From an uncultured bacterium (GTDB taxonomy: Bacteria; Planctomycetota; UBA1135; GCA-002686595), in the NCBI GenBank assembly GCA_943787795.1, contig CALSNU010000002.1, forward strand, positions 736,001 to 800,000: a DNA stretch of 64,000 nucleotides, written 5' to 3'. The notes below the pieces were generated by a model. That model made no database searches. It was not told the origin of the DNA and saw only the letters and a list, made by a program, of their open reading frames with translations. The translations under genes were made by a program, and so were the position numbers. Of the stretch, positions 29,609 to 39,282 are shown piece by piece (position 1 is the stretch's first letter; every line of letters starts with the position of its first letter).

Positions 29609-30811
29609 ATGCGCCTGCCCCAAGCTCTCGCCACCCTCCTCGTCCTCGCCCTCCCGGCTGCAGCCCAGGTCACCTGGACCGTCGGCGGCCCGAACGGTCA
29701 GTTCGCCACGATCCAGGAGGCGCTCGCGGTGGCGGGTCCGGACGACCTGGTGGACGTGCAGCCCGGCACCTACCCGGGGTTCACCATGTCGAGCCCGGCC
29801 CGGGTGATGGGTCGGAACGGAGTCCAGGTGAACGGCCTGAGCCGGATCGTCGGCCTCCCGCCCGGGAGCACCGCGCTGATCGCGGACCTCACCGTGGACG
29901 CGTTTCAGGCGATCGACTGTGAGGGTTCAACGTTGGTCGACGGGATCGTCACCCGATCCTTCGAGGCCCGCGGTTGCAGCGACCTTCGAGTTCGGAAGCT
30001 TGAGGCCACGGCGAACTGGATCACCTCCACCCCGGCGGCCGTGGTGATCGACGACTCGCGGGTCCAGCTCGAGGCCTCGACGATCCTGGGTGAGTCGAGC
30101 TCCTCCGCCGACGGTGGCCCCGGGCTCATCGCCACCGGCGGGTCGTTCCTGCACCTCATGGGCAGCCGAGTGGAAGGGGGCATGGGCGGGGCCGAGTTCG
30201 ACCTCTTCACCATGTACGCCCCTGACGGCGGGGACGGCATGACGCTGGAGGGAGCCTCTGCGGTCCGCATCGTCCGCTCCGAGGTGATCGGAGGCGGCGG
30301 TGGATGGCACAACTACGCCGGCGGAGGTTTCAACTGCTACGACGGCTTCCACGGTCCCGGGCTCCGCCAGTGCGGCGGGCACTCGCAGACGTGGGAAAGC
30401 GAGATCCGCGACGGCTACTGGAATGGGAGCTTCACGTCCCCGGGGCCGCCCTTCGTCATGAGCTGCGGTGCCACCCTCACGAGCGCGACGGACCTCCCGG
30501 GGCTGACGCTCACCGGCCCGCTCACCGCGGGCTCCAACTTCGACCTCGCCGCGTCCGCCGGGGTCGGCACCAGCCTGCGCCTGGTCTTCGGACGCAGGAC
30601 CGACCTCGACGTGACCCTCGGCACCCAGATCCCTCGCCTCGTGGAGCCCCTGAGGATCGCGTCCCTGGGGTCGGTCCCGGCCACCGGCGAGGCCCACGTC
30701 CAGGGCACAGTCCCGACCTGGCCCCGAGGCACCCAGTTCTTCCTGCAGGTCTCGCGCACCGGCGCCACGGGGACCGACTTCTCGAACTCCACGCTCTTCC
30801 TGGTGAGGTAG
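29609..30811 (+). CDS. Secreted beta-helix-like protein
   Basis: Signal peptide; FATIQEALAVAGPDDLVDVQPGTY (same start motif as the 1-254 gene); Gly-rich repeats; C-terminal FFLQV...FSN segment. Confidence 0.8.
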   Translation: MRLPQALATLLVLALPAAAQVTWTVGGPNGQFATIQEALAVAGPDDLVDVQPGTYPGFTMSSPARVMGRNGVQVNGLSRIVGLPPGSTALIADLTVDAFQAIDCEGSTLVDGIVTRSFEARGCSDLRVRKLEATANWITSTPAAVVIDDSRVQLEASTILGESSSSADGGPGLIATGGSFLHLMGSRVEGGMGGAEFDLFTMYAPDGGDGMTLEGASAVRIVRSEVIGGGGGWHNYAGGGFNCYDGFHGPGLRQCGGHSQTWESEIRDGYWNGSFTSPGPPFVMSCGATLTSATDLPGLTLTGPLTAGSNFDLAASAGVGTSLRLVFGRRTDLDVTLGTQIPRLVEPLRIASLGSVPATGEAHVQGTVPTWPRGTQFFLQVSRTGATGTDFSNSTLFLVR

Positions 30812-31048
30812 AGGAGCACGGGGCCGCCGGTTGGGCTCGGCCACCGCAGCCGCGGTGTGTGGGCCCGGGAACCGTTTGGAGGGGGAGAGAGTGCGTTCGA
30901 GGGCGCGCCGCGAGGATTCCTCGGGCGAATTGGTGGATTCGTGTCCGCTGGGAGGGACGGGGGTCAGTTCGGGGGTGGAGAGGCCACGAGGCCCCAACCA
31001 CCAACCCAACCCACAACAACGAACCCCCCTCAATCAGACCCCAGTCCC

Positions 31049-31774
31049 ATGCAACTCCACACCTTCTCCGCCCTCGCCCTGTCCGCCATCGCCGCCGTCT
31101 CCGCCACCACCGAGCCCAGCTCGGCCCCGGTCGTGGACGACCTCTTCCCCGCCGCCTCCGGCGCCATGGAGATCGCCCTCGACTCCGAGGGGAACGGCCC
31201 CTCCTACCTCGAGCTGATCTCCGACTACGCCGCGCTCACGGGCCAGTACGTCACCTTCTCGAAGGCGACCCGCGAGCTCCTCGCCGGCACCGACGTGCAG
31301 CTCGACCGCTCCATGACGATCGCCGCCGAGGGTGTCCAGCACACCACCGAGGTGTTCCTCGCCCAGGCTGGCCTCAACCTCGCCATCGAGAGCGTGGACG
31401 GCCCCCAGATCCTCCGGGTCCGCAACGTCGAGACCGAGGGCCGCGAGCTCCGGTCCGCGACCAGGAACCTGAACGTCGACGGGGCCGAGATGGCCCGGAA
31501 GCACCCGGCGATGCTCTTCAGCATGGTCATCCCGATGCCCACCACCGACGCTCGCCTGCTGTCCAACAGCGTCCGCTCCATGATCACGGACCCGAACACG
31601 ACGCAGCTCCTCCCCGCGGGGAACAGCTCGGGGATGATCATCGTCGGCCACGGCGACTGGGTCTACGAGACCTCCCAGTGGCTCCTCAACGTCGAGGAGC
31701 AGAGCAAGCTCAAGGCCGCCCGGGAGCAGGAAGCCGCCAAGCAGCAGGAGGCCGGTGAAGCCGCCGCCAAGTGA
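31049..31774 (+). CDS. Secreted protein resembling secretin N0/N1 periplasmic domains
   Basis: Signal peptide; LELISDYAALTG; DARLLSNSVRSMI...PAGNSSGMIIVG...SQWLLNVE resembles a secretin N (KH-like) repeat; no barrel domain. Confidence 0.6.
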   Translation: MQLHTFSALALSAIAAVSATTEPSSAPVVDDLFPAASGAMEIALDSEGNGPSYLELISDYAALTGQYVTFSKATRELLAGTDVQLDRSMTIAAEGVQHTTEVFLAQAGLNLAIESVDGPQILRVRNVETEGRELRSATRNLNVDGAEMARKHPAMLFSMVIPMPTTDARLLSNSVRSMITDPNTTQLLPAGNSSGMIIVGHGDWVYETSQWLLNVEEQSKLKAAREQEAAKQQEAGEAAAK

Positions 31775-31957
31775 TCGGCGCCACCTTCACGAACCTCCGA
31801 CCCACCCCGCCAGGCGCGCCGTCCTCCGTGATGGCGCGCCTGGACCTGTTGGGGGGGGGTGGGCCACGGCGGACCAGCCTCCGTGATTCCAGGGCGAGGC
31901 GCGGCGTGTTGTGCGATAGTCCGACGGGGAGCCGCCTCCTCCACTGAGGCGCTGTTC

Positions 31958-33154
31958 ATGACCAGAAGCCGTCCCACAATCACGACCGAGGCCGCCGCCG
32001 GTGTGGCCGCCGCGCTCCTGGCGTGCGGCGTTGCGTGGGCAGGGTCCGTGGATGAAGGTGAGGGCCTCTTGGGGCGCGTGCTCCGCAGCGGAAGCCGGAA
32101 CCTCCTGGGCACGGGCGTCGAGCGCAGCGCCAGCGTGCGGCTGGGGGATGTGGATGGGGACGGGGACCTGGACGCGGTGGTGGCCAACGGGCGGCACTGG
32201 CCGGCGCAGAACCTGGTGCATCTGAACCAGGGAGGGGGGCGCTTCAACGTGATCCGGCCCCTGGGGGTGGACCGGGCGACCTCCTACGCCACCGAGCTAG
32301 TGGACCTGGACGGGGACGGGGACCTGGACATCGCGGTGGGGAATGACGTGGCGCCGAACCTGGTCTTCCTCAACGACGGGGAGGGTCGCTTTGAGCGGTC
32401 CGGGGGCTTCGGGGCGCCCACGAGCCTGCGGAGCGTGACGGCGGCGGACGTGGACGGGGACGGCGATGCGGACCTGATCCTGTGCGTGCGGAAGCGGCCC
32501 AATGAGATTCACCTCAACGACGGGTCCGGGCGCTTCACCGAGCAGCGCACCTTCGGGGCGCCGGGGGACTCGACCATCGACGTGGCGGCAGCGGACCTCG
32601 ACGGAGACGGGGACCTGGATCTGGTGCTCGCGAACCGCGACGGGCAGGCGAACGCCGTGCTGCTCGGGGACGGCAAGGGCGGCTTCGAGGAGCGGCGCGA
32701 GTTCGGCTCGGGGAGCGACGAGACCCGCGCGGTGGCGGCGGCGGACCTGGACGGCGACGGGCACGTGGACTGGGTCGCGGGCAACATCGGCCAGCGGGAC
32801 GTCCTGTACTTCGGCGACGGCCAGGGGGGCGTGCGCGAGGCGGTGCCCTTCGGGCCCGAGGACGGCCGGACCTATGCCCTGGCCCTCGCGGACCTCGACC
32901 GCGACGGCGTGCTCGACGTGGTCGCGGGCCGCGCGGGACAGCCGGACGCGGCCTACTTCCGGGGTGCGCCGTCCGAGCCACTGCGGGAGCTGGTCTTCGG
33001 CGAGCCGGAGGACGTCACCTACGGCCTCGACGTCGGCGACGTCAACGGCGACGGCTACCCCGACGTGGCGGTCGCCGTGTCGGACGGGCCCAACCGGATC
33101 TACCTCAACCTGCCCGAGAAGCCCGAGCGCCGCCGCGAGCGCAGTCCCCGATGA
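31958..33154 (+). CDS. FG-GAP/VCBS repeat protein
   Basis: Seven D(V/L)DGDGD.D-type repeats; signal-like N-terminus. Confidence 0.88.
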   Translation: MTRSRPTITTEAAAGVAAALLACGVAWAGSVDEGEGLLGRVLRSGSRNLLGTGVERSASVRLGDVDGDGDLDAVVANGRHWPAQNLVHLNQGGGRFNVIRPLGVDRATSYATELVDLDGDGDLDIAVGNDVAPNLVFLNDGEGRFERSGGFGAPTSLRSVTAADVDGDGDADLILCVRKRPNEIHLNDGSGRFTEQRTFGAPGDSTIDVAAADLDGDGDLDLVLANRDGQANAVLLGDGKGGFEERREFGSGSDETRAVAAADLDGDGHVDWVAGNIGQRDVLYFGDGQGGVREAVPFGPEDGRTYALALADLDRDGVLDVVAGRAGQPDAAYFRGAPSEPLRELVFGEPEDVTYGLDVGDVNGDGYPDVAVAVSDGPNRIYLNLPEKPERRRERSPR

Positions 33155-34524
33155 GCGTGACCTCCCATCTCCTGAGCCTCCTCGCGCTGGCCGCGCCCCT
33201 CGCCACGCCTTCGCCTGCCCAGGACGCCCACTGGCCCGCCTTTCGGGGGCCGGGGGGGAGCGGCGTCTGTGACGATGCTCCGCTCCCCGTGAGCTGGGAT
33301 GCGGACCCCGAGTCCGAGACCGCGAGCGGCGTCCTGTGGCGCGCCGAGGTGCCCGGGCTCGGCCACTCGAGCCCCATCGTCTGGGGCGACCGGGTGTACG
33401 TCTGCACGGCGGTGCCCGAGGGCGGCGTGGCGGAGCTGATGCTGGGCAAGGGCGGCCAGCCCACGGCGGCCAACGACGAGCGGCCCCACCAGTGGCTGAT
33501 CCTCTGCTTCCACAAGGGGACGGGCGAGGAGCTCTGGCGGCGGGTCGTGCACGAGGGGATCCCGCGGGCCACGCGCCACGAGAAGGCGACCCAGGCGAAC
33601 TCGACCCTGGCCTGCGACGGCGAGCGGCTGGTGGCCTGCCTGGGCTCCGAGGGGCTGCACTGCTTCGACCTCGAGGGCGAGCGGCTGTGGCGCAAGGACC
33701 TCGGCGTGGTGGACATCTCCAAGTACGGCATCGGCTGGGGCTACGCGAGCTCGCCGGCGCTGCACGGGGACCGCGTGGTCGTGGCCTGCGACGACCCCAA
33801 GCGGCCGTTCGTGGCGGCCTTCAACCTCTCCGACGGCGAGGAGGTCTGGCGCGTGGACCGCGCGGGGATCTGCGAGCGCAGCTGGGGCACGCCCTTCGTC
33901 CACGCCTCCGAGGGCCGGATCCAGGTGGTGGTGAACGGCTGGCCGGTGGTGGCCTCCTACGACCTCGAGGACGGCGCGGAGCTCTGGCGCATCGAGGGCG
34001 GGGGCGACAACCCGATCCCGACCCCCTTCGCCGCCGACGGCCACATCGTCGTCGCCAGCGCCCACGGCCCCATGTCGCCCATCTACATGGTGCGCCCCGG
34101 CGCCGAGGGCAACATCACGCCGAGCAAGCGCGAGCCCTCCAACGAAGGCCTGCTTTGGAGCACCACCCGCGGGGGCTCTTACATGTCCACGCCCGTGGTC
34201 TACCGGGGCGTCGTCTTCCTGGGCAGCTCCAGCATGGCCAGCGCCTTCGACGCCCGCACGGGCGAGCGCCTCTTCAAGGAGCGCCTGGGCCCGAACACCG
34301 CGATCATCGCCTCCCCCGTCGCCGGCGACGGCAAGGTCTACCTCACCTCCGAGGAGGGCAACGTCCACGTCCTCGAGGCCGGCGCTGAGTTCAAGGTCCT
34401 TGCGACCTGTCCCCTGGGCGAGCCCTGCTTCGCGACCCCGGCGATCTCGGAGGGGACCCTGTTCTTCCGGACCACCGGGAGCCTGATCGCCATCGGTGCG
34501 CAGCCGACGGCGAAGGGTGACTGA
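33151..34524 (+). CDS. PQQ-like beta-propeller protein (planctomycete BamB-like family)
   Basis: HWPAFRGPGGSG, GHSSPIVWGDRVY, GEELW repeats, ATPAISEGTLFFRT; ATGA overlap. Confidence 0.9.
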   Translation: MSVTSHLLSLLALAAPLATPSPAQDAHWPAFRGPGGSGVCDDAPLPVSWDADPESETASGVLWRAEVPGLGHSSPIVWGDRVYVCTAVPEGGVAELMLGKGGQPTAANDERPHQWLILCFHKGTGEELWRRVVHEGIPRATRHEKATQANSTLACDGERLVACLGSEGLHCFDLEGERLWRKDLGVVDISKYGIGWGYASSPALHGDRVVVACDDPKRPFVAAFNLSDGEEVWRVDRAGICERSWGTPFVHASEGRIQVVVNGWPVVASYDLEDGAELWRIEGGGDNPIPTPFAADGHIVVASAHGPMSPIYMVRPGAEGNITPSKREPSNEGLLWSTTRGGSYMSTPVVYRGVVFLGSSSMASAFDARTGERLFKERLGPNTAIIASPVAGDGKVYLTSEEGNVHVLEAGAEFKVLATCPLGEPCFATPAISEGTLFFRTTGSLIAIGAQPTAKGD

Positions 34525-34696
34525 GGAGCGCCGATTCCGTCCTCAGCCCTCCGGCGCGAGCCGGTGTAGGCGGGGGCAGCCCCTCGGATCGGCCTTCGGT
34601 CGTCGTGCCGCATGGCGGCGATCGATAAGCCACGCTTTGCGCGTGGCCATGGAGCATTGCCTCGCCCTCTGATCCGCCAGCCCTAGGGTCAAGGGG

Positions 34697-35227
34697 ATGG
34701 AGGACACGCTCACCACCAAGGCCTCGAGGCCACGCCTCGCCCTGATCGCGGTCGCGCTCATGTCGACCTTGTTCGCGGGTTGCGCTTCGATGTCGTTCCC
34801 GCGGGATTACTTCGACGGGAAGTCGTTCCGCGAGACGGTTCGAGAGGGCAACCCCGAGATCGCCACGCTCCCTGATGGCCACCACGTGCTCTACCGGATG
34901 TGGGAGGGGGATCAGCACCCGACCGATCATCCCGTCAAGTTTGGTGAGGGCCGGATCGAGGACGGCGAGTGCGAGGGGCCTTGGGTCTTCTACCACCCCT
35001 TCATACCCCGGGGGACCCGCTCGGCGGCAAAGGGCACCATGGTGAAGGGCCAGTTTCACGGGGACACGACCTTCCACTGGCCCAACGGCCGCCTCAGGTT
35101 CCGATGCCACCTCGTTCACGGGAAGGCCGACGGGCGCGTCGAGTTCTACTGGGCCAACGGCACGACCCTGGCCGCCGTCTCCGAGTGGAAGATGGGTCGG
35201 TTGGTGAGCGCGCGCAAATTGCAGTAG
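34697..35227 (+). CDS. Lipoprotein with MORN-variant (YwqK-like) repeats
   Basis: Lipobox LFAGC; EGPWVFYH, HGDTTFHWPNG, DGRVEFYWANG repeats. Confidence 0.7.
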   Translation: MEDTLTTKASRPRLALIAVALMSTLFAGCASMSFPRDYFDGKSFRETVREGNPEIATLPDGHHVLYRMWEGDQHPTDHPVKFGEGRIEDGECEGPWVFYHPFIPRGTRSAAKGTMVKGQFHGDTTFHWPNGRLRFRCHLVHGKADGRVEFYWANGTTLAAVSEWKMGRLVSARKLQ

Positions 35228-35369
35228 CCGCCGGAGAGCGGCGCCGATCACCGGACCAAGTGGGCGACCGCTACGTCTATCCGGTCCACCACCGCGGTGG
35301 CGATATCGTGGGTGTCAAAGCGGTCGAGCGCTGACCGGAATCAGCTCGACCTGGAGGCGACCTCTCCGA

Positions 35370-36794
35370 TCAGTCCCCCGGCGCGAGCTCGACGCACACG
35401 AGCTCGTCCTGGCTGCGCATGAGGATGCGGGTGCCGGAGACGGCGGGGGGGGCCCAGAGCTGGCCGTCGCGGGCGCGGATCTCGAAGGGGTCGAAGCGGC
35501 CGAGCTCCTCGTAGGCCTTGGGGGTCGCGCGGGCGGCGACGAGGGTGCCCTTGTAGCCGTCCTGGATGAGGAAGGCGTCGGCAACCTGGACCATGCCGCC
35601 GCGGCCGAAGTTGGGGTCGTCGCCGGTGCGCCAGAGCTCCTCGCCCTCCAGGCTGAAGCAGACCAGGCCGCCCTCGGAGCGTCGGCGTCGGCTGCCGTTC
35701 CAGTTCTCGTTCGCGAGGACGAAGATGTGCCCGTCGTGGAGGATGGGCTGGTGGGTCTGGGACCCGCGCGTGGACCGGAAGGCCTCGTCGACGCGCTCGA
35801 CGTCCCACGGCTCGCCCTCGTCCTCCTGGACCCAGAGCGGATTCAGCAGCACGGAGCCAGCGCGGTAGCCGCCGGTCATGAAGACCTGGTTGCGGTCCTC
35901 ACCCACGAGGACCGGCTGGGGGACCGGGAGCCCGCACAGGGTCAGGTCGTGGCGCCAGAGCGTCTTCCCGGTGGCGGGGTCCAGGGACCAGAGGATGGAC
36001 GGCGCGGGCTGGTCGCGGCCCGAGGCGGTTTCCTTGCAGGCGTTGAGCAGGAGCTGCCACCGACCCATGAGGCGCACGAGCGTGGGGGAGGAGTGGGTGT
36101 AGCCCAGGTGCTCCGAGCGCCAGCGCACCTCGCCGGTCGCGCGGTCGAGGGCCACGAGCCCGACGTCCTTGCTCAGGGGCGCCGCGAACACGAGGTCCTC
36201 GAAGACCACGGGGTGCACGCACCAGCCGAACATGGGCTTGCGCCCGCCGAGGGTCTCCGCCACGTCGACCTTCCAGATGAGCTCGCGCTTGGTCCGGTCG
36301 AAGCAGGCCACCGGCCCGAAGCCGCTGGTCGTGTAGACGCGATCCCCGACCACCGTCGGCACCGTGCGCGAGCCGTCGTAGTTGAGCCGGCCCTCCTGGG
36401 GGTAGCCGGCCGACCACAGCTCCTCGCCGGAGTCGAGGTCGAAGACCCGCAGCACGTCGCGCTCGCCGCGCTCGTGGTCGAACAGGAACACCTCGCCGCC
36501 CGCGATCGCTGCGCCCCCGTACCCGCCGCCGGCGGGCTGTCGCCAGAGGACCTTCGGGCCGGCCTCGGGCCAGGAGAAGGTCTCCTCGGGCCAGGGCGCC
36601 ACGGCCGTGCCCTCGGGGCCCAGGTAGCGCGGCCAGTCGCTGGCCGCGGGAGCCTCGGTCGCGGGAGCCTCGGTCGCCGCGTCGGTGGACGGCGCGGTGG
36701 ACGGCGCGGTGGACGGCACGGTGGACGGCACGGCGGGGTCGGGGACGGACTGGGCGGCCGCGAGGAGCGCGGCGCAGAGGAGGATGCTGTTCAT
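35370..36794 (-). CDS. PQQ-like beta-propeller protein
   Basis: Start MNSILLCAALLAAAQ; DWPRYLGPEG, GEELW repeats, WAPPAVSGTRILMRSQDELVCVEL. The ORF track's extension to 38567 is an off-frame reading of the upstream gene. Confidence 0.88.
   Translation of the reverse strand: MNSILLCAALLAAAQSVPDPAVPSTVPSTAPSTAPSTDAATEAPATEAPAASDWPRYLGPEGTAVAPWPEETFSWPEAGPKVLWRQPAGGGYGGAAIAGGEVFLFDHERGERDVLRVFDLDSGEELWSAGYPQEGRLNYDGSRTVPTVVGDRVYTTSGFGPVACFDRTKRELIWKVDVAETLGGRKPMFGWCVHPVVFEDLVFAAPLSKDVGLVALDRATGEVRWRSEHLGYTHSSPTLVRLMGRWQLLLNACKETASGRDQPAPSILWSLDPATGKTLWRHDLTLCGLPVPQPVLVGEDRNQVFMTGGYRAGSVLLNPLWVQEDEGEPWDVERVDEAFRSTRGSQTHQPILHDGHIFVLANENWNGSRRRRSEGGLVCFSLEGEELWRTGDDPNFGRGGMVQVADAFLIQDGYKGTLVAARATPKAYEELGRFDPFEIRARDGQLWAPPAVSGTRILMRSQDELVCVELAPGD
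36646..36733. repeat. Coding tandem repeats in a linker (2x15 bp and 4x12 bp)
   Basis: GCGGGAGCCTCGGTC x2 and GGTGGACGGC(G/A)C x4, encoding VPST/APST and TEAPA units. Confidence 0.8.
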
Positions 36795-36836
36795 GGGGGC
36801 GTGGGGCTGCGGCGCCCGAGGATACGCCGCCCCCTC

Positions 36837-36873
36837 CCCTGGAGGTGTCAGGCCCGTCCCTGGCGGTGTCAGG
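36837..36873 (-). promoter_or_regulatory. 16-bp direct repeat with 21-bp period upstream of the propeller gene
   Basis: CCCTGGaGGTGTCAGG (36837-36852) and CCCTGGcGGTGTCAGG (36858-36873). Confidence 0.45.
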
Positions 36874-36945
36874 GATACGTCACGGGCCCGTGGTTGTCCC
36901 CGGGCGGGTATCGCCCTCGGCCCCGTGCCCTCGCGGGGCGGCCCC

Positions 36946-39193
36946 TCAGCGCTCGAACCGGAGCACGACGCCCTCCGCGTCGCTCGCCACGAATTCGAGG
37001 ACGGCGGGCTCGAGGACGGCGGGGTCCGGCGCGGCCTCGCTCCCGCTCCCCGGCTCCGCGGCCGGCGCGCTGGGCGGGTTGGGGAACTTGGCCACCAGGT
37101 CGACCTCGCCCTGCTCGGACGAGGTCGAGGCGGAAGGCCCCGGCCTCGTCCGTCCGCGCGGCCATCAGGGCGTTGTCCTTCCGCTGCGGGGCGCCGCTGC
37201 GGTAGGCGAGGACCTGGGCGCCGGCGACGGGGGCGCCGCCCGAGTCCTCGACCCGGCCGGTGAGCGACACCAGCTCTTGCAGGACGAGCTCCACGTCGGA
37301 GTCGCCGGCGCGGGCCCGGGCGGTGGGGCTGGCGCCGAGGCGCGCGTCGGGGTGGTACCAGTTGTAGGAGGCGACGATGGTGAAGAGCTCCACCTCGCCC
37401 ATGGCCTCGGTGACGCCGACGAGCTCGAAGCGGCCGCCCGCGCCGGAGCGGGCCCGGATCCTCGGCGTGTCGGGGCCGCCCGCGACCTGGACGAAGACCC
37501 CCGTGGCGGGTGAGCGGTCCGGGGTGAGGACGACGCCGGTGATGGGGGTCCCGAGCTCCAGGCGGAGCGTCACGCCGTCCACCTGCTGGCCCTCCGAGAG
37601 CTCCACGGTCTGCTCGTCGTTCGCGCTGGGCTGGCCCTGGACGGCGGCCGTCACCTTCATGGTGCCCCCGGGCACGTCGTCGAAGTGGAAGCGGCCGTCG
37701 GCGTCGGTGCGGGACTCGCGCACCGTGGTGACCCAGGTGTTCTTGATGCCCTCGCCGTCTGGCCGGAAGCGCCCGAGGTCGTCGTTGGCGCCGCGGAGCT
37801 TCACGGAGTGCTCGGGGATGGGCACGCCCGACGCGGTGGTCAGGGTCCCCTCGATGCGGCCGCCGGGGTGGAGCACGAGGTCCCCGACGTCGACCCGCTC
37901 GCGGTCCGCCTCGTCCGCGGGGAAGTCGTAGACGCGCGTGCCGTGGCCGCCCTTCTTCAGGAAGAGCTGGTGGTCCACCAGGGGGTGCAGGGACGTGAGC
38001 GCGAAGCGCCCGTCGGCGCCCGTGAGGACCGAGACCCAGTCCGTCCTGGAGACGCTCTCGGCCTTCTTCGTGCCGGAGCCGGCCACGTAGACGCCCTCGA
38101 GCGGGTTGCCCTCGGGGTCGACCACCCGGCCCGTCGCGACGCGGCCCGCGCGCAGCACGAAGTCGACGCGGGTGTCGGCGGAGAGCTCGGCGAACGGGAG
38201 CTTCGCTCGCTCGCCGCCGTACCCCTCCGCGCGCGCTCGCAGGTCCGAGAGGTCCCGGCGCCGGACGCCGCCCACGCCCACGAGCTCGTACTCGCCCTCG
38301 AGGTTCGTGGTCCCGGAGCGCTTGAAGGACCCGCCGAGCCCGACCTCGGCGCCCGGGATCGGGGTCCCGCTGGGGTCCTTCACGACGCCGTGGATGCGCA
38401 CCCCGGGGTCCAGGGCCAGGTCCACCCGGGTCCGCACGCCGGCCCGTAGCTCGACCCGCTGGTCCGGAGGCACCGCGGCGTCCACGGGCGTGACCTGCAG
38501 GGTGACCAGGCCGGGGGGGAGGTCCTCGAAGAGGAACTCCCCGGCGAGGCCGGTGCGCGCGCGGCACAGCTCGAGCCGGCGGTCACCCCGGCCGAGGATC
38601 AGGGCGCCCTCCACCGGGGCGCCGTCCGTCGCGCGGGTCAGCGTGCCCTCGAGGATCGCCGCCTCCGCGAGCTGCAGTACCAGGTCCTCCCCCGCGAAGA
38701 CGTGAGACCGGCGCGCCAGGGCGTGCCCCGCCGCGCGGGCCTCGAGGTCCAGGGGGACGGCGGTCGGGGCGGCCAGCTCGAAGCGCCCCGCCGCGTCGGT
38801 CGCGCCCTCCGCCACCTCCTCGCGCGCCTCCCGCTCGTTCATGTCGGGGATGCGGAACTCGGAGTGGACCCGGCGCGTGACGAACACCTTTGCGCCGGGG
38901 AGCGGCGCGCCGGAGGTCGCGCTCAGCACGATCCCCGACAGAAGGCCGTCGTGCGAGGGCGGCGCGGCCGACGCCTCGGTCGCCTCCGTTTCGTTGGCAA
39001 CGCCTGCCGCGACCCGAGCCTCGTCCACCCCGAGCTCTGGCAGGTCCGTCTCACCGAGGTCCGCCGCCTCGGTCACGGCCGAGGCGCCGGACAGCAGCGG
39101 ACCGTCAGGGGCCTCCGACCCTTGGAGGGCGAACCAGCCGAGCGCGGCGACGAGCGCCGCCGCGAGGGCGAGGGGGGCCTTGCGAGCGAACAT
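36946..39193 (-). CDS. Carboxypeptidase-regulatory-like (Cna-B/transthyretin-like) repeat protein; probable +1 frameshift near 37120
   Basis: N-terminal anchor; repeated G.V....G.P..GA.V...TD..GRF modules. After FRLDL the shifted frame reads SEQGEVDLVAKFPN...GVVLRFER* with normal codon bias. Confidence 0.8.
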
Positions 39194-39282
39194 GGGCTCA
39201 GTGTTCCACGGGCGAGGCCCGGAGTCGGGCGTCGTGTCGTGGGCCTACCGTGATTTGTCGTAAGCGGACCTCTTGGGGCCAC

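Noticed and set aside
35370..38567. 1065-aa ORF as a single protein
   Set aside because: Only the part from ATG 36794 is protein-like; the rest is an off-frame reading of the upstream gene.
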